A stretch of 64,000 bases of DNA from Lingula anatina (taxonomy: Eukaryota > Animalia > Brachiopoda): contig CM120643.1 of assembly GCA_051362555.1 (NCBI GenBank), positions 24,494,848-24,558,847 on the forward strand, given 5' to 3'. Positions 13,401 to 24,903 of this stretch are shown here, piece by piece. Made by a program: the position numbers and the translations under genes. The notes below the pieces were generated by a model. That model had not been told where the DNA came from, did no database searches, and saw only the letters and a program-made list of their open reading frames with translations. The stretch's first letter is position 1, and each line of letters opens with the position of its first letter.

Positions 13401-16400
13401 ATAATGGTCTAAGATTTATGGTTTAATAGGACTTTTATAAGTTATAAAATGAGAACTCGGTATAAACACTTAATATATCAGTGAAAAAGAAATGAAAACT
13501 AAGATCATTAGGAATCTGAAAAAACAATGCATTCATCCTCTTCTGGTATAAGATTTCATTCAGCTAAATGGTTGAACATTTTGTTCACATATGTTATGCC
13601 ATTGTTTTATTTCACAGGGACATTTGGATATAATTGTTTCTAGTCAGACAACCTCTGGTGTAAGGCTTTATGCATTGAAGAATGGCCTTGATTTAGATGC
13701 TTGCTTTATAAAAGTTATGGGTAAGATATTAATTGTTATTATTATTATTTAACTATTAAAGATGGCCACTTTATTATATATTATAATTATAAAATTGTAG
13801 CCAGATTTGGTGTATTGTCTTACACTGATTTACTATGGTACACCATAATTATATTGCATTGCTTGTCACATTTTTTTGATTTTTACCAGATTCACTTGGT
13901 GCAGTTGTTGTGAAATGAACATTATGTGTATATACATTATAATAATAAAGTAGCTTTCACTGTCAAGATTTGATAAATTATAGTGTGTTGTATCATATAC
14001 CTGTTTTTATCATATTAATGTTAAGAGAGGCCCAATTTATACATATATAACAGCATAAACACAGTTGGGTGACTCTGTTGAGAAGTAAACTGTGTCAATA
14101 ACACTGCTCATAAACAAATATTCTTATACTTTTTTACTTTAATTTTCAATTTTGTGGGTAATTTCTATAAATAAGAAGTCAAATTCATAATATGTATTTT
14201 GGCTCATTTGATATTGTTATCTACATTAAACAAAAAATTAAATATTTGATGATGAAAATTTAAATATTATATTGAAAAACTAAGGAAACCTATCATGTCT
14301 TTCCGTGATATCTGCCTTATCTGGTCTTTTAAATTCCACTAACTGAAATATTTTTTACCATTGTAATTACAGTGCTAACAGGACAGTGTTATGGCAACTG
14401 TACAAATGGAGGGAAAGCTGTAAGTATATCTCAGGTTTTCTTATAACCGTGTATATATTTATATCCAGGCATCATCCAGTAAGTTAAACATTATAAATAA
14501 AAATGTTATTTGGTTGCCTGTTATTTGTTGTGTACCAAAATTCCAGTAAAATTAATCAAAGTGAACCCTTTGATATTATGTAGATGTTTTGTGTGATATA
14601 TTTTCAGTCATATGGTGTGAACCAGCCAGGCCCCACCATAGAATACTACAGTACCAGGCCAGATGGCACACCAGAGAGAGGGCTAGGTGAGGGTGTGTGA
14701 GTGTGTGTGTGTGTGTTTGACAGGACAATCTTGCTAGTATTCTTATAAGTATTGTCTTTCAGTTATTATATTCTTAACTGTATTATTGTGTTAACTCTCT
14801 CTTTTGATTTATAAATTGGGCTAGATATTTGTCTTAACTTAAAAATAAGTGGTTATAACCTGGAGTGGTTCTGGTTATTTCAGCTGGCCAGCTGTCACAG
14901 TCTGCCCATTTCTCTCTACAGTTACCTTACACACTGTTTGGCCTGGCAGAGATGCCAAACTTTGTGGACACGTTAGCTGTGGGGATACCACAACCCAAGG
15001 GTCAGGTAAGACTGCTCTGTTTGTAGTTCAAATAAATGATCGAATGAGTAATAATAAAAAAAGATGCTCACCTCAGTGTTTGCCTTTTAGGTAACTTTTT
15101 GTGATGGATATACCCCAACCCAAAAGATGGCTTTGACTTTTTATTGCTAATTAAAAACTGTCTTCAGAAAATTAAAATACCTTTTTTTTCATGGTTTACT
15201 CCTAAAATTTAATGTCATTTTCATATTTTTCATCCACTCATTATGTTAGATTAATTCTGATTTTCAGTCAGCAAGAAACAAAACTCTTGGCCATCTTAGG
15301 CTTTCGAAAGCTTCTTTTATTTTTTAATTTAAATTTGTTTACTTTACTTTTTATGGATTTTAAGATTTGAATGTTTCACCATGACATATATAAGCTGGAC
15401 AATTTCAATTAATCACTGCTCAAAAGTTGGCTCACACAGATGCTAATTTTCTTAATTTTCTCACAAACTGTAAAAATCCTAACCGTAAATGCTGGTGTTC
15501 AATGTGATGATTTTCATTTTGTTGTTGCATTTCACAATTCAGTCCTTTTTAGCCCTTAGGCTTTTCATCTTTAGATATTAAATATAAAAAAATCACTTAA
15601 ATCACAGATAAAATATTGTATCAAATACCTAATAAACAAAACCTATAAACTTCTTGTCCTAAGTTGTACTTTCTGAGACAATGAAAGGCCGTTGTGAGAT
15701 AAACACAGCGTGATTCTTTCTATGAATAATCACCTCCATTTTAACTATGTTAACATATATGTGTAATTACATGCATGTGTATGTGGTTTGTGTACTAAAT
15801 GTTATTAAACATGCAACTGCATTTTTTATAAGAATCATTCAAAAAGTCATTGGAATTTATTTGTATGTATTTGCAGCCTTTACTGAACAGCACCTGGACC
15901 TCTGTGATACCCAACTCCCAGCTGGTGGTGATACCATTCCCCCAGGGTGAACCCAACAGGTAAGATGTCTAAGTGTGTCACAGGTGATTCCTAACTCCCA
16001 GCTGGTGGTGATACCATTCCCCCAGGGTGAACCCAACAGGTAAGATGTCTAAGTGTGTCACAGGTGATTCCTAACTCCCAGCTAGTGGTGATACCATTCC
16101 CCCGGGGTGAACCCAACAGGTAAGATGTCTAAGTGTGTCACAGGTGATTCCCAACTCCCAGCTAGTGGTGATACCATTCCCCCTGGGGTGAACCCAGCAG
16201 GTAAGATGTCTAGGTATGACACAGGTGTCAAATGGGAGGCTGTTAAAAGTGAATACAACCCTCTCACACTTATCTGTTTCTGTTGGGGAAATATATATAC
16301 TCAGATCATTGGCTTTTACAGTTAATGTCACAATAGGTCTGACTCACAAACAGGTTTGTCTGATCAGGATTCGTTTGAATTATGCTTCCATAGTTCAGGC

Positions 16401-19400
16401 AAAATTTATAATTAATATTATTATATGTGGCTCATACAACATGTTTCTTAGAAATGCCACTGCAGTAACCTTGATTTCAACATAAAAGCAATTCCTAAAG
16501 TCATTATTGAAAAAACAACACAGTCAAACAGTTCTTTTGTATGGTTACTGTTCAATACAGACAACACAGGTCAGTCTTGGTATTGTCACTATTTAGTACA
16601 GACAACACAAGCCAGTTCTCTTCCATCCACATATGGTGGACAGGTGAGAGTACCACATTTAACCTCAGCAGTGTAAAACAGGGCACCATTTGTGCTTTTA
16701 TGACCACCAGCTACCACTTCTGGAGCTTCATCAAGGCAGACAAACTCTGTTCTGTGGTTACCGTGACTATTATGTTCTGATACCAGGTATCCATTGTACT
16801 CTGTTGTCCACCCAGCTGGACATGTCTTCTTGGCTGGTATCATCACATGACTGGGGCGTGTTTGGGTGTAGTATACAGCACAGGGGGCATCATGCTCAGC
16901 AAAATTTTGACCTCCTGTATTGGTTGTTGAAAATATGTTAGGTTTTACATTATGATATTCCACCCCATGTATGTAAGAACCTGAATCTTGCCCTCCATCT
17001 TGGTATTTCCCCCACTCTGGTGTCTGTGGTAAACACAGGTAATTACTGCCTCCTCCAGTCTGGAGATACTCAGTTCCAGAAGCTATCCCTAAAGATAAAG
17101 TTATATTATTCAGATGTTTTTTATTTTAAATTGGAAATGAAATAATTAAAACTGTAACCTTACATAATTAGTTGCTTACTTTTTTTATGCAGAGGAAGAT
17201 CAAGTATAAAATCTGAAAAAAATATAGTACAAGTACAATATACTGAATTATCCATAGTAAAACCATGTATTACCGTAACATGTATTTTACCTTTGTACAA
17301 AAGTTTTGAATGTGTTGAACAAGATGTTCTGCCCCAACGTGTAAACACTGCACCTCCATGATTGTTGATGGCCGGCAGACCTGAAAACATACATTAAACC
17401 CAGACCACCATATTGTGAACATTACCCTACTATGACTGGTATTGCTCTTAGAACAGATAACATGAAAATGTACACTTTCAAAATTGACATCAAACTTATT
17501 TTTACACACCAACCCTTGTCCCATTTATTTGTCTCTTAACTAAAACGTAACCTTTAATAAAATGGAAAAAATGAACCTGTAAATGAAGTCAGTGGACAGG
17601 AATACAGAACATATTTCCCAGATTGAAAAAAAATTAACAAAACTAAAAGGAAGATATTCATGTAGTTAAAGCACCAGACAAACCTGTAGGTGGCACCCCT
17701 ATCTGAGTTCCAATTTGTCCCAGCATTTGTTTGAGGGTATCCAATGTTAGAGATCCTGGGTCCCCTTTAGGTCCAGGTGGTCCCTTGGAAAATTGAACAA
17801 AAATATTGGGAATACTATAATTACACAAAGGAATGTATGTTAACAGGATTATAAACTGGTGATATCAATTACAGATCTGTTATCTATGAGTTGATTATTT
17901 GGAATTACATGTCAAGAACATTTTCAGAAGTATATCTCATGGAACACTTAATTTTTTTTTTATTAAATGACTGTGCATTTTCATGATATTAAAAAAATAG
18001 AAAACAGTTTAATGTTTATTTTTTGATATTTCAAGAATTGGATATCATAGTTCATAGATTGCATTATTGTCTAATTTTAAATCAAAACTAATATAAATAT
18101 TCAATCATAATTTTAAATTACAAAGCTATTGAATATATATCAGTCATGATTAGTTTTACCTGTATTCCATCTTTACCATCTCTCCCAGGTAATCCCTGTG
18201 GTCCCTGAACACTGCTCCTTGAGGAGTTGCCAACTGAAAAGTGTATATTAGTAATTTTTTTAATTTCTTTGGATAATAACTTTGTCTTTGTGGAATCAAT
18301 AAATGTATTTCATAATTACATATCAATTCTGACAGTTACCTTACCATTCACAAGACATCAGTCAACTTTGGGAAAAACCTAGCCAAGAGGTGACCTCACC
18401 CAAAATCAATAATTGTATAATACTTAGTAGTACAGGTAAATTGAAATATGAATTAACATCTCATTTTGCCTGTGAAATTTTACTGTTACTACTAATTGAT
18501 CATTCTTCATAATGTTTGTTAGATAAAATGAGAATTTTATTGATTAGAAAGTAAAGGCATCATTTGATAAGACCTTAAGTATGGGGTAACAAATGTTTTC
18601 TGCTTTAAGCTATAATAAAGAGAGCAGACCTACCATTACCTTGTAGTGGTGATTGATATCCAAGCAGTCCAATGATTTGCTTGAGGCTGTCTACTGTTAA
18701 ACCTGGGTTCTGTCGATGAATTTAAGATATTTGTGATAAAAAACAATGAAGTGTTCACATTCTGTCATTTCCCACAATGAGAACAAAAAAGGATAATGTT
18801 ACAATTAAGTCATATCTACATAAAAAAATCATGTATGGTATTCATTTGGTATTTTTCACTATCAGTTCCTACTTATTTATGTTGCATGTCCATGGCTTCA
18901 TACTCTATAAGCAACTGTTAAGTATTATATAATTATTATAATCATATACTCTGACATACGTTTTTATTCAAGAGAGAAAATTTATTCTAAAAGTCATGCA
19001 AATCGTCATAAGTGAAGATCAGTAAAGTTACCTGGATTCCATCTCTTCCATCCCTGCCATCTCTTCCTGGGGGTCCCTGGGGTCCTTGTAGACAGCCTGA
19101 ACTTACCACTAAAATATATGACACAGTGGCTTGAATTGCCTGTTTTTTAACATGATTCTTGATGCAAGTGGATACTCAACCATATGGTGTCTGTTGTCAA
19201 ATATAATATTATCCGAAATTGTATAAAATGTTAGTTCAAGACATCCAACAAATAATATAGCTTACAGTTTCCTTGCTGCACTTGTCGCTTGGTAATAAAA
19301 TGGTTTCCATGGCGAAGGTTTGTTGCATTTCGTTCAGGACCAATGATAGTTTGTGCATCAAGCTTTAACTTGATTTTCTGAATATCTGACTAATTTAAAA

Positions 19401-22400
19401 GATTAGATTAGTCTTTATACTATACAGTAGATCTATCACTTTCAGTATATGGAAATTGTTCAACATAGGTTGGTAAGATGTAAAATCTTAAGCCTCTCTT
19501 ACAACCCGTCGTGCGTGCTTAGAGATCGTGCGTCCTCGGAGTTCTCGTCAGACGTAGCGTTGTCGCAGGATGAAAATTAAATCGCAGCGGACGAAGTAGT
19601 AAGTACTTTATGAGTAGGTGTGTCGTGCTCTAAACGTGGGGCCCGCAAGTGGTCTGTACGCCTTTTTTTGGAAGTAGGAAGAAGTAAGGAGCACGTACGA
19701 TCTGTACTCGTGTCGCACACAGTGAGTGAGATAATCATACGTGTATTGCAAGTGAAGCGTACGTTTTCAGAAACCGTACTTACGAAGTAAGAGAAACGTA
19801 ATAAGCACGGAAGTGGAACGCACGGATAATCAAAATAATATAAAAGGGAGCACCGAGTCTCTTCATCATTCACTGTTTTGGCTTCCAAAAAGGCACTTCC
19901 AAGAAGGATGCGCCATCGACTTCTACAGCTGCTAATGCTAGAGGAGGCCGAAGATCGTGACGCAATGCTGGCAGTGGTTGCTCGGGATCGCCTGCACTTT
20001 TATCGTGCTGGGCACGTGCGTCGTCTTAGTGTGACGCACTTCACAGGTATGGTAGTAGTACTCGCCACGCACTTTGGAAGTAAGATAAACGCACGGAGGA
20101 AGTGCGCTCACCCCCCTTTTTGTTAACACGTACATTGAAAGCAAGTTAAACTTACGAGTCTCTTGCGTGGTAAGTACGTCTTCGTGGTAAAATACCCCGT
20201 AATTTCTGCATGCTTTTCCTGTGTTACACGCACGCCTAGCGCACTTACTCAGTACTTTTGTCTTGCGTGCTACGAGCGTGCTCCAGGTGTTCTAATTGTC
20301 GCAGACAGGTCGTAGCGAAAAACTGGCCGGCCAGTTTTCGGGCTGCGTGCTTTGCGTCGTGTTTGCGTCCACCAAAAATAGTACGCTCCACGTGCGTGTA
20401 TCTTACTACTTGGCCAATTTTTTGCACGCAAACCGCTCGTAGAAGCACGCACGACCGGTTGTAAGAGTAGCTTTAGTGATAGTTAGTTAGGAAATTGACA
20501 ATGTTGGGGTTGGGCAGAATTTCCAGTACAAAATACCTTAAGTTGTTTGTTTTCCTGCCTCAGTTTGTTCATCTCTTGTTCCTGCTTGTTTAGTCTTTCA
20601 ACCAGTTTTATCAACACGGCATTACTGGCACTGTCATGATGATGTTGTAAACTTGATGCAGTGACAGTAGTAACAATAAGGGCAGTGAATACATGAAAAT
20701 ACATGATGTACACCAGTCTGTAGCAGCCAAGATGCTGACCTGGGCGAGGCAACGAAAACTCTTATATTGCTAAAGCCATGATTTATCAAGTGGACATGTC
20801 AGATGTTTACAATGTGGGTCTTAGAAAGTTGGTTTTCTACAAATATTTGACTAGTGATAGTTTTAAGGAAGCAGCTTATATTTTTCCTATAAATCATGTG
20901 TAACTCTTGATAACCAGTGACACATTCAATCACAAACCTCTTACTCCTCAGTTTTCCTCATTAATTAATACTCTTAAGGTTAATGTGCACCTCCAGGCAC
21001 TCTTTTTCTTGGCATTTAGCAGTTCAATTTTTTAGGAACAATAAAAACATTGTGATGTGTCTTAAGAAATTAACACTACATCTCTCTAATGAAATCAATA
21101 ATGTATGTGTATAACTGTATATGTAAACTATGTTAGGATAAAGTATTTTTTCCATGCTTACATGAGTTGCTTTTTAGTTTCCAATGTACATCATGCAATT
21201 TAACAAACTATTTATTTCAGTTCCAAAACTTTTTTGAAATATTAATATAAATTCTGTAGCCTACCATTTTTTCATAATGAGTAGTTCGTTTAATAACATT
21301 TTTTCTAGATTAAAAGGGTAATATTATATTTCAACAAAAATATTAATAGTTGGAACACCTTATAGCGGGAAAAATTATATTCTTTCTTCAATTGACTTCA
21401 CTGTATGATGCTTTTTTTTCTACTAAGTCCAGGAACTTTATCTTTGAGGTCTCATTTAGCTGAACATCATACATGGCCAAACACAGGCCCCGATCAGAAT
21501 AGGGGACTAATTAGTCTGAGGGTCAAATACAGCGAACCACAACAAAGCTTGCCGTCAAATCTGCTAATAGACACTGAATAGATATCCCGTGGGGAAGTAT
21601 TCAAGCGGGTCAGCCATATTTTACCCTCGGGTTAGTAGGTCCCCTTTTCTGAATGGGACCATAGGCCACCCTAACTAAGCCACTTGTACAGAATATTTTA
21701 TCTTTCCACATGTAAAAGAAATGTCTATTTTGTGTCATTGCAGATGGAAATACAAGTTATTTGTCACCCCTAGTCGCCTGGTGATGCTGACAGGAGCAGC
21801 ACTGGCAGGCACATGTGGCTTTATAGCTGGAATAGTGGGTTTACTGCAGTGGAGAGAGAAGGTAATGGGTCAGAGTTCTTATTTTATTTTATTTTATTTC
21901 ATTTTAATTTATATATTTTCACTATCAATATTTTGATTATTTCTGTTTATTTATTTACATATTTATTTGTTATAATTAATATGACTTCCATTTTTCTTTG
22001 TCTCATGAATTAAGGATTATCATTTGCCTAAATTGCTTTCAAGAGTTTGTTTGTTGCTAATAACATTGGCAACTAAAGAAGGCAATCACAGTTTACAGGT
22101 TGATTGAAATTTGGGATAGTTAATGCTACTTTGATTAATGACAAACCCAAATGAGATTATTTTTGAATTCAAGTCTTGAGTTGTGTTTTTATTTGTAATG
22201 ATTAAACATATTTCTTTTTGGTTAAAAGGTAGTTTTTTCTAAAGACCATAAGCATTTTTTATGTATGAAACATGTTGTCTCCTTATAAATTACATATTTT
22301 TACATAATTTTTACAGATCTTGTTCACCACAATATTTTCATTGTAAATATTTCTTTTCAGAGAGAAGATCAGAAAGAAAAAAGACAAGAATCTCACAAAT

Positions 22401-22420
22401 TTCATTTTGATGCCATGTAG
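4493..22420 (+). CDS. ITFG1: T-cell immunomodulatory protein / LINKIN (integrin alpha FG-GAP repeat containing 1), complete, 16 coding exons
   Basis: Exons 4493-4679, 5301-5531, 6203-6254, 6727-6801, 7170-7279, 11575-11715, 12203-12291, 12480-12658, 13165-13318, 13618-13720, 14373-14419, 14608-14686, 14884-15005, 15877-15959, 21744-21861, 22361-22420, all GT-AG and phase-compatible. Signal peptide, LAAFGDFNADKQTD, PGDYDGD and GDYDHDGFPD FG-GAP motifs, YGVNQPGP, SQSAHFSLQLPY, IPNSQL, TM helix and the diagnostic C-terminus HKFHFDAM*. Confidence 0.96.
7430..10988 (+). mobile_element. ~3.6-kb non-autonomous Helentron/HINE (DINE-1/pearl-like) element, copy 1, in ITFG1 intron 5
   Basis: T-run, sub-terminal IR TGTACAGACA with a nearby inverted copy, (GTCGCC)n microsatellite, 161-bp repeats (7531, 7692, 7853), 337-bp repeats (8394, 8731, 9068), 3' sub-TIR tgtctgtaca plus small hairpin cagctttgctg. 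A second copy with the same ends lies at 44256-47975. Confidence 0.8.
10193..10430 (+). mobile_element. Short DINE/HINE-like element nested in the 3.6-kb element (also ~47178-47415)
   Basis: ttattacctc..gcc(t/a)aggaggttatattttc...gtttgtctgtc...ccttggcagaggtctgcactct...ttctagtt layout. Confidence 0.6.
15904..16225 (+). repeat. 80-bp tandem repeat x4 made of the 3' part of ITFG1 exon 14 plus its splice donor
   Basis: CAG|gtaagatgtcta recurs with GT at 15960, 16040, 16120 and 16201. Confidence 0.92.
16589..20704 (-). CDS. Short-chain collagen C4-like secreted protein, copy A; 8 exons, nested antisense in ITFG1 intron 14
   Basis: Exons 20537-20704, 19266-19389, 19032-19108, 18640-18709, 18160-18233, 17684-17783, 17291-17380, 16589-17088 join in frame. 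Motifs GGAVFTRWGR..C, GGGSNYLCLP, IPAKKTCPAGWTTEYNGYL, EFVCLD, CPPY...ELACVVCTK. One conserved Cys is Tyr (CAVYY). Confidence 0.88.
19491..20472 (+). mobile_element. Non-autonomous PIF/Harbinger-like DNA transposon (~980 bp) in copy A intron 1
   Basis: TIRs AGC..CTCTTACAACC.GTCGTGCGTGCTT, TTA on both flanks, CpG-rich interior; short ORF 19878-20126 may be a transposase N-terminal remnant. Confidence 0.8.
21486..21660. mobile_element. Fold-back MITE
   Basis: ggccccgatcagaataggggac ... gtccccttttctgaatgggacc imperfect inverted arms. Confidence 0.6.
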
Positions 22421-24130
22421 CATACAGAACACCCTTGCCTTTGGCTCCTGGTGCTGAGGAACACTGGATATCCAGTTTCACTTTCATTTTTATGTTATGA
22501 CTGTAATGAACAGGATATGTAGTTTCACTGTGATTCTAAGTGACTATGAAAACAGTTTCTCTTTCATTTTTATGATGTGCCTGCAGTGTAAGGAAAAATT
22601 ATTTTTACTCTAGCTCTCTGTGCCACTAGGCATCTACTGTTAGTTACTAAAAATAGTATTTAATAATAATAATATATTTATTTTGAGTCTAAACTCCATA
22701 TTTATATGTTCGTTAGACTTTACAAATATGTACATACAAATAACAAGTAGACAACTGGTCAAAGCACACTGTGTACACGATCTTGTCTCCCTTAATAATT
22801 TAAAAGTTGCATACGATTTGATGTGTCTGGTTTCCATTCATCCTGATTAGTAAAATTAATGTTTATAAAAGTGAAGTTTTCTCTGAAAACTTGTGGTGGA
22901 AAGTTACAGAGCTGTTGATTTATTTATTTGCTTTTGTAATCTCACATCTGTGCTTAATAATAAACAAAAGTTGGTTGTGGTGTTCACTCTAGAAATACAG
23001 AGGTTCCCTCAAAAAAAAAGGCAAAAACAACAAATAGCTCATTTTCTTTCTTGGATTATATTGGAAAAAATACATGTACAATACCACAAGGAATGTGTTT
23101 GTGTGTGCGCGTGCCTGCCCATATGTGTATGTGTGTTTGTGCATGCCTTTAATCATGGCAGAATTGAAAATAGTTTGTCTGCTCTAGAAAATTCTTTTGA
23201 CAACCTTATTCCTTCTGATAATTTTATTTATTATTGATGATATTATGATATAATACTGAAAATTTTCATTAATGTTTTTTAGATTTCCATGATATCAATT
23301 TGAAAAAAAAACAAAAAACGAGTGAATATTTGACAAATTGGATCAAAGTGGGGAAAAGACTATACAGTTAAGTTTTTTTCAACAATTGAGTCCTAGATTT
23401 AAAAGTTCAATCAATTTATTTATACAGAGTAATAATATTTGATTTAGAAATTTGAACCGAATGCTTTTTTTTTCCAGCTCAATATTGTTTTTCCTAGTCT
23501 GCATTATTTAAATGAATGTTACCAATAGAAACATTTGATAGCTGCTTAGCTGTTTTACATAGTACCATTTCAGTTGAAAGCTTGGCTGTACAGACTTCTT
23601 GATATTTATTTTATTAATCTTTTCAATTGGATGTTGGTAAAAAAACTTGTGACATGTTTTCATATTTGAATGATTTTCTTTTTATTCTTTAAGTAAATGT
23701 ATTAAGTGCTTTTTAAGTTTTATATTAATGCTACAAGTCTCTCTAATATAATTCATAATTGTTAAGTACACAAGTGTTAAACATCCAAAATTCATTTTCC
23801 CAAAATACTTCCAGCACCTCCGTTTTGACAGCTTTACCTCCCGAAAGTGTTGGTTGATCTTTGTCTCAACCATTGAGATGTGCTAACCATTCATTTTTAG
23901 GTCTTGTTTCTTAGGACACATTCACTGTGTTCAAAGTATTTCAGAGTATTAAAGTATTAAATTCTAATTACTGTGTCTGTCCATTTGCCCACTCAATAAC
24001 TTTAAAAATTGATTCATACTTTTTTTTAAATTGCTGTAAAAACCACTGGAAGGAGAATTGTTTTTGGTAAAAAGATATTATAAAAGTACTAAATGGAAAG
24101 CCAAATCTCAGTCTGACATGTATATTTTAA

Positions 24131-24764
24131 AGTCATAATAACTCTTTGTTTTGGCCAAAAATTGGATTTTCCTGGAGGAAATGGCAATTTTCCTGTGCTT
24201 ACCAATGGTCAGCGACCCCATTCCTGCATTCAAAGTTAATCCAGGTTTTTTTTCCTAAACGTTTAGTTTTTTGTTAAAATCTCTTAAGAGATTTTAACTG
24301 ACGGAGCCCTTTCTGACACTGCATAGTCACGCGATATCGAGCGATAGTTTCTGGTGATCTACTGTACTTAATTCCGCGGGAAAAGCAGACAACAACACCA
24401 CTATATAACAATAATATAAGATTCATAAGATATATTCGTCTTATTGCTCAAAATTCATTTATATCTACAATGTGTGTTATTCTGGGCTTTTCGTTATCCG
24501 ACGCACTATACAAAAACTTACGTCTGCGTATATTACATCAGCCTTTCGCGCCAGAAGTTATTTTGGGCTCGAATGAACGCGAGAATCCGCGTGACATCCT
24601 AACATCATTGGCAACGGATGCCTTAACGACCAGGAAGAAAGGCGTCGAAAGCTCTATTGCCAAGCATAGATTTTAGTTTTACAATAATAGAATATATTTC
24701 CATGCGTTGTTTACAATGTATTTCTTGCAGAATTTTGAATCTCAAAGGAAGAGTTATTATTGCT
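24131..24764. mobile_element. TTAA-targeting non-autonomous DNA transposon (Kolobok-like), long variant
   Basis: ttaa|AGTCATAATAACTCTT ... AAGAGTTATTATTGCT|ttaa; left ~170 bp homologous to the 29035 element. Confidence 0.75.
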
Positions 24765-24903
24765 TTAACTATAATACTTTTTTGAAGGAGGCAAAAATTA
24801 CATATGATATATAACTGCATGGGATAGGTCATATTTAGCAAAAATTCTAATTCAACATAATTGAGTCCTAAGAAAAACTGCCAAACCATTCTTTTCATTG
24901 ACT

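Noticed and set aside
15904-16225. Regular 80-bp (and 75-bp at 56115-56500) repeats as a CRISPR-like array
   Set aside because: Units are head-to-tail with no unique spacers, derive from exon boundaries, and the context is eukaryotic with no cas genes.
16541-16941. Plus-strand ORFs recurring opposite each last exon (also 24898, 34758, 35117, 50831)
   Set aside because: Antisense shadows of the conserved C4-like exon, with inconsistent starts and stops.
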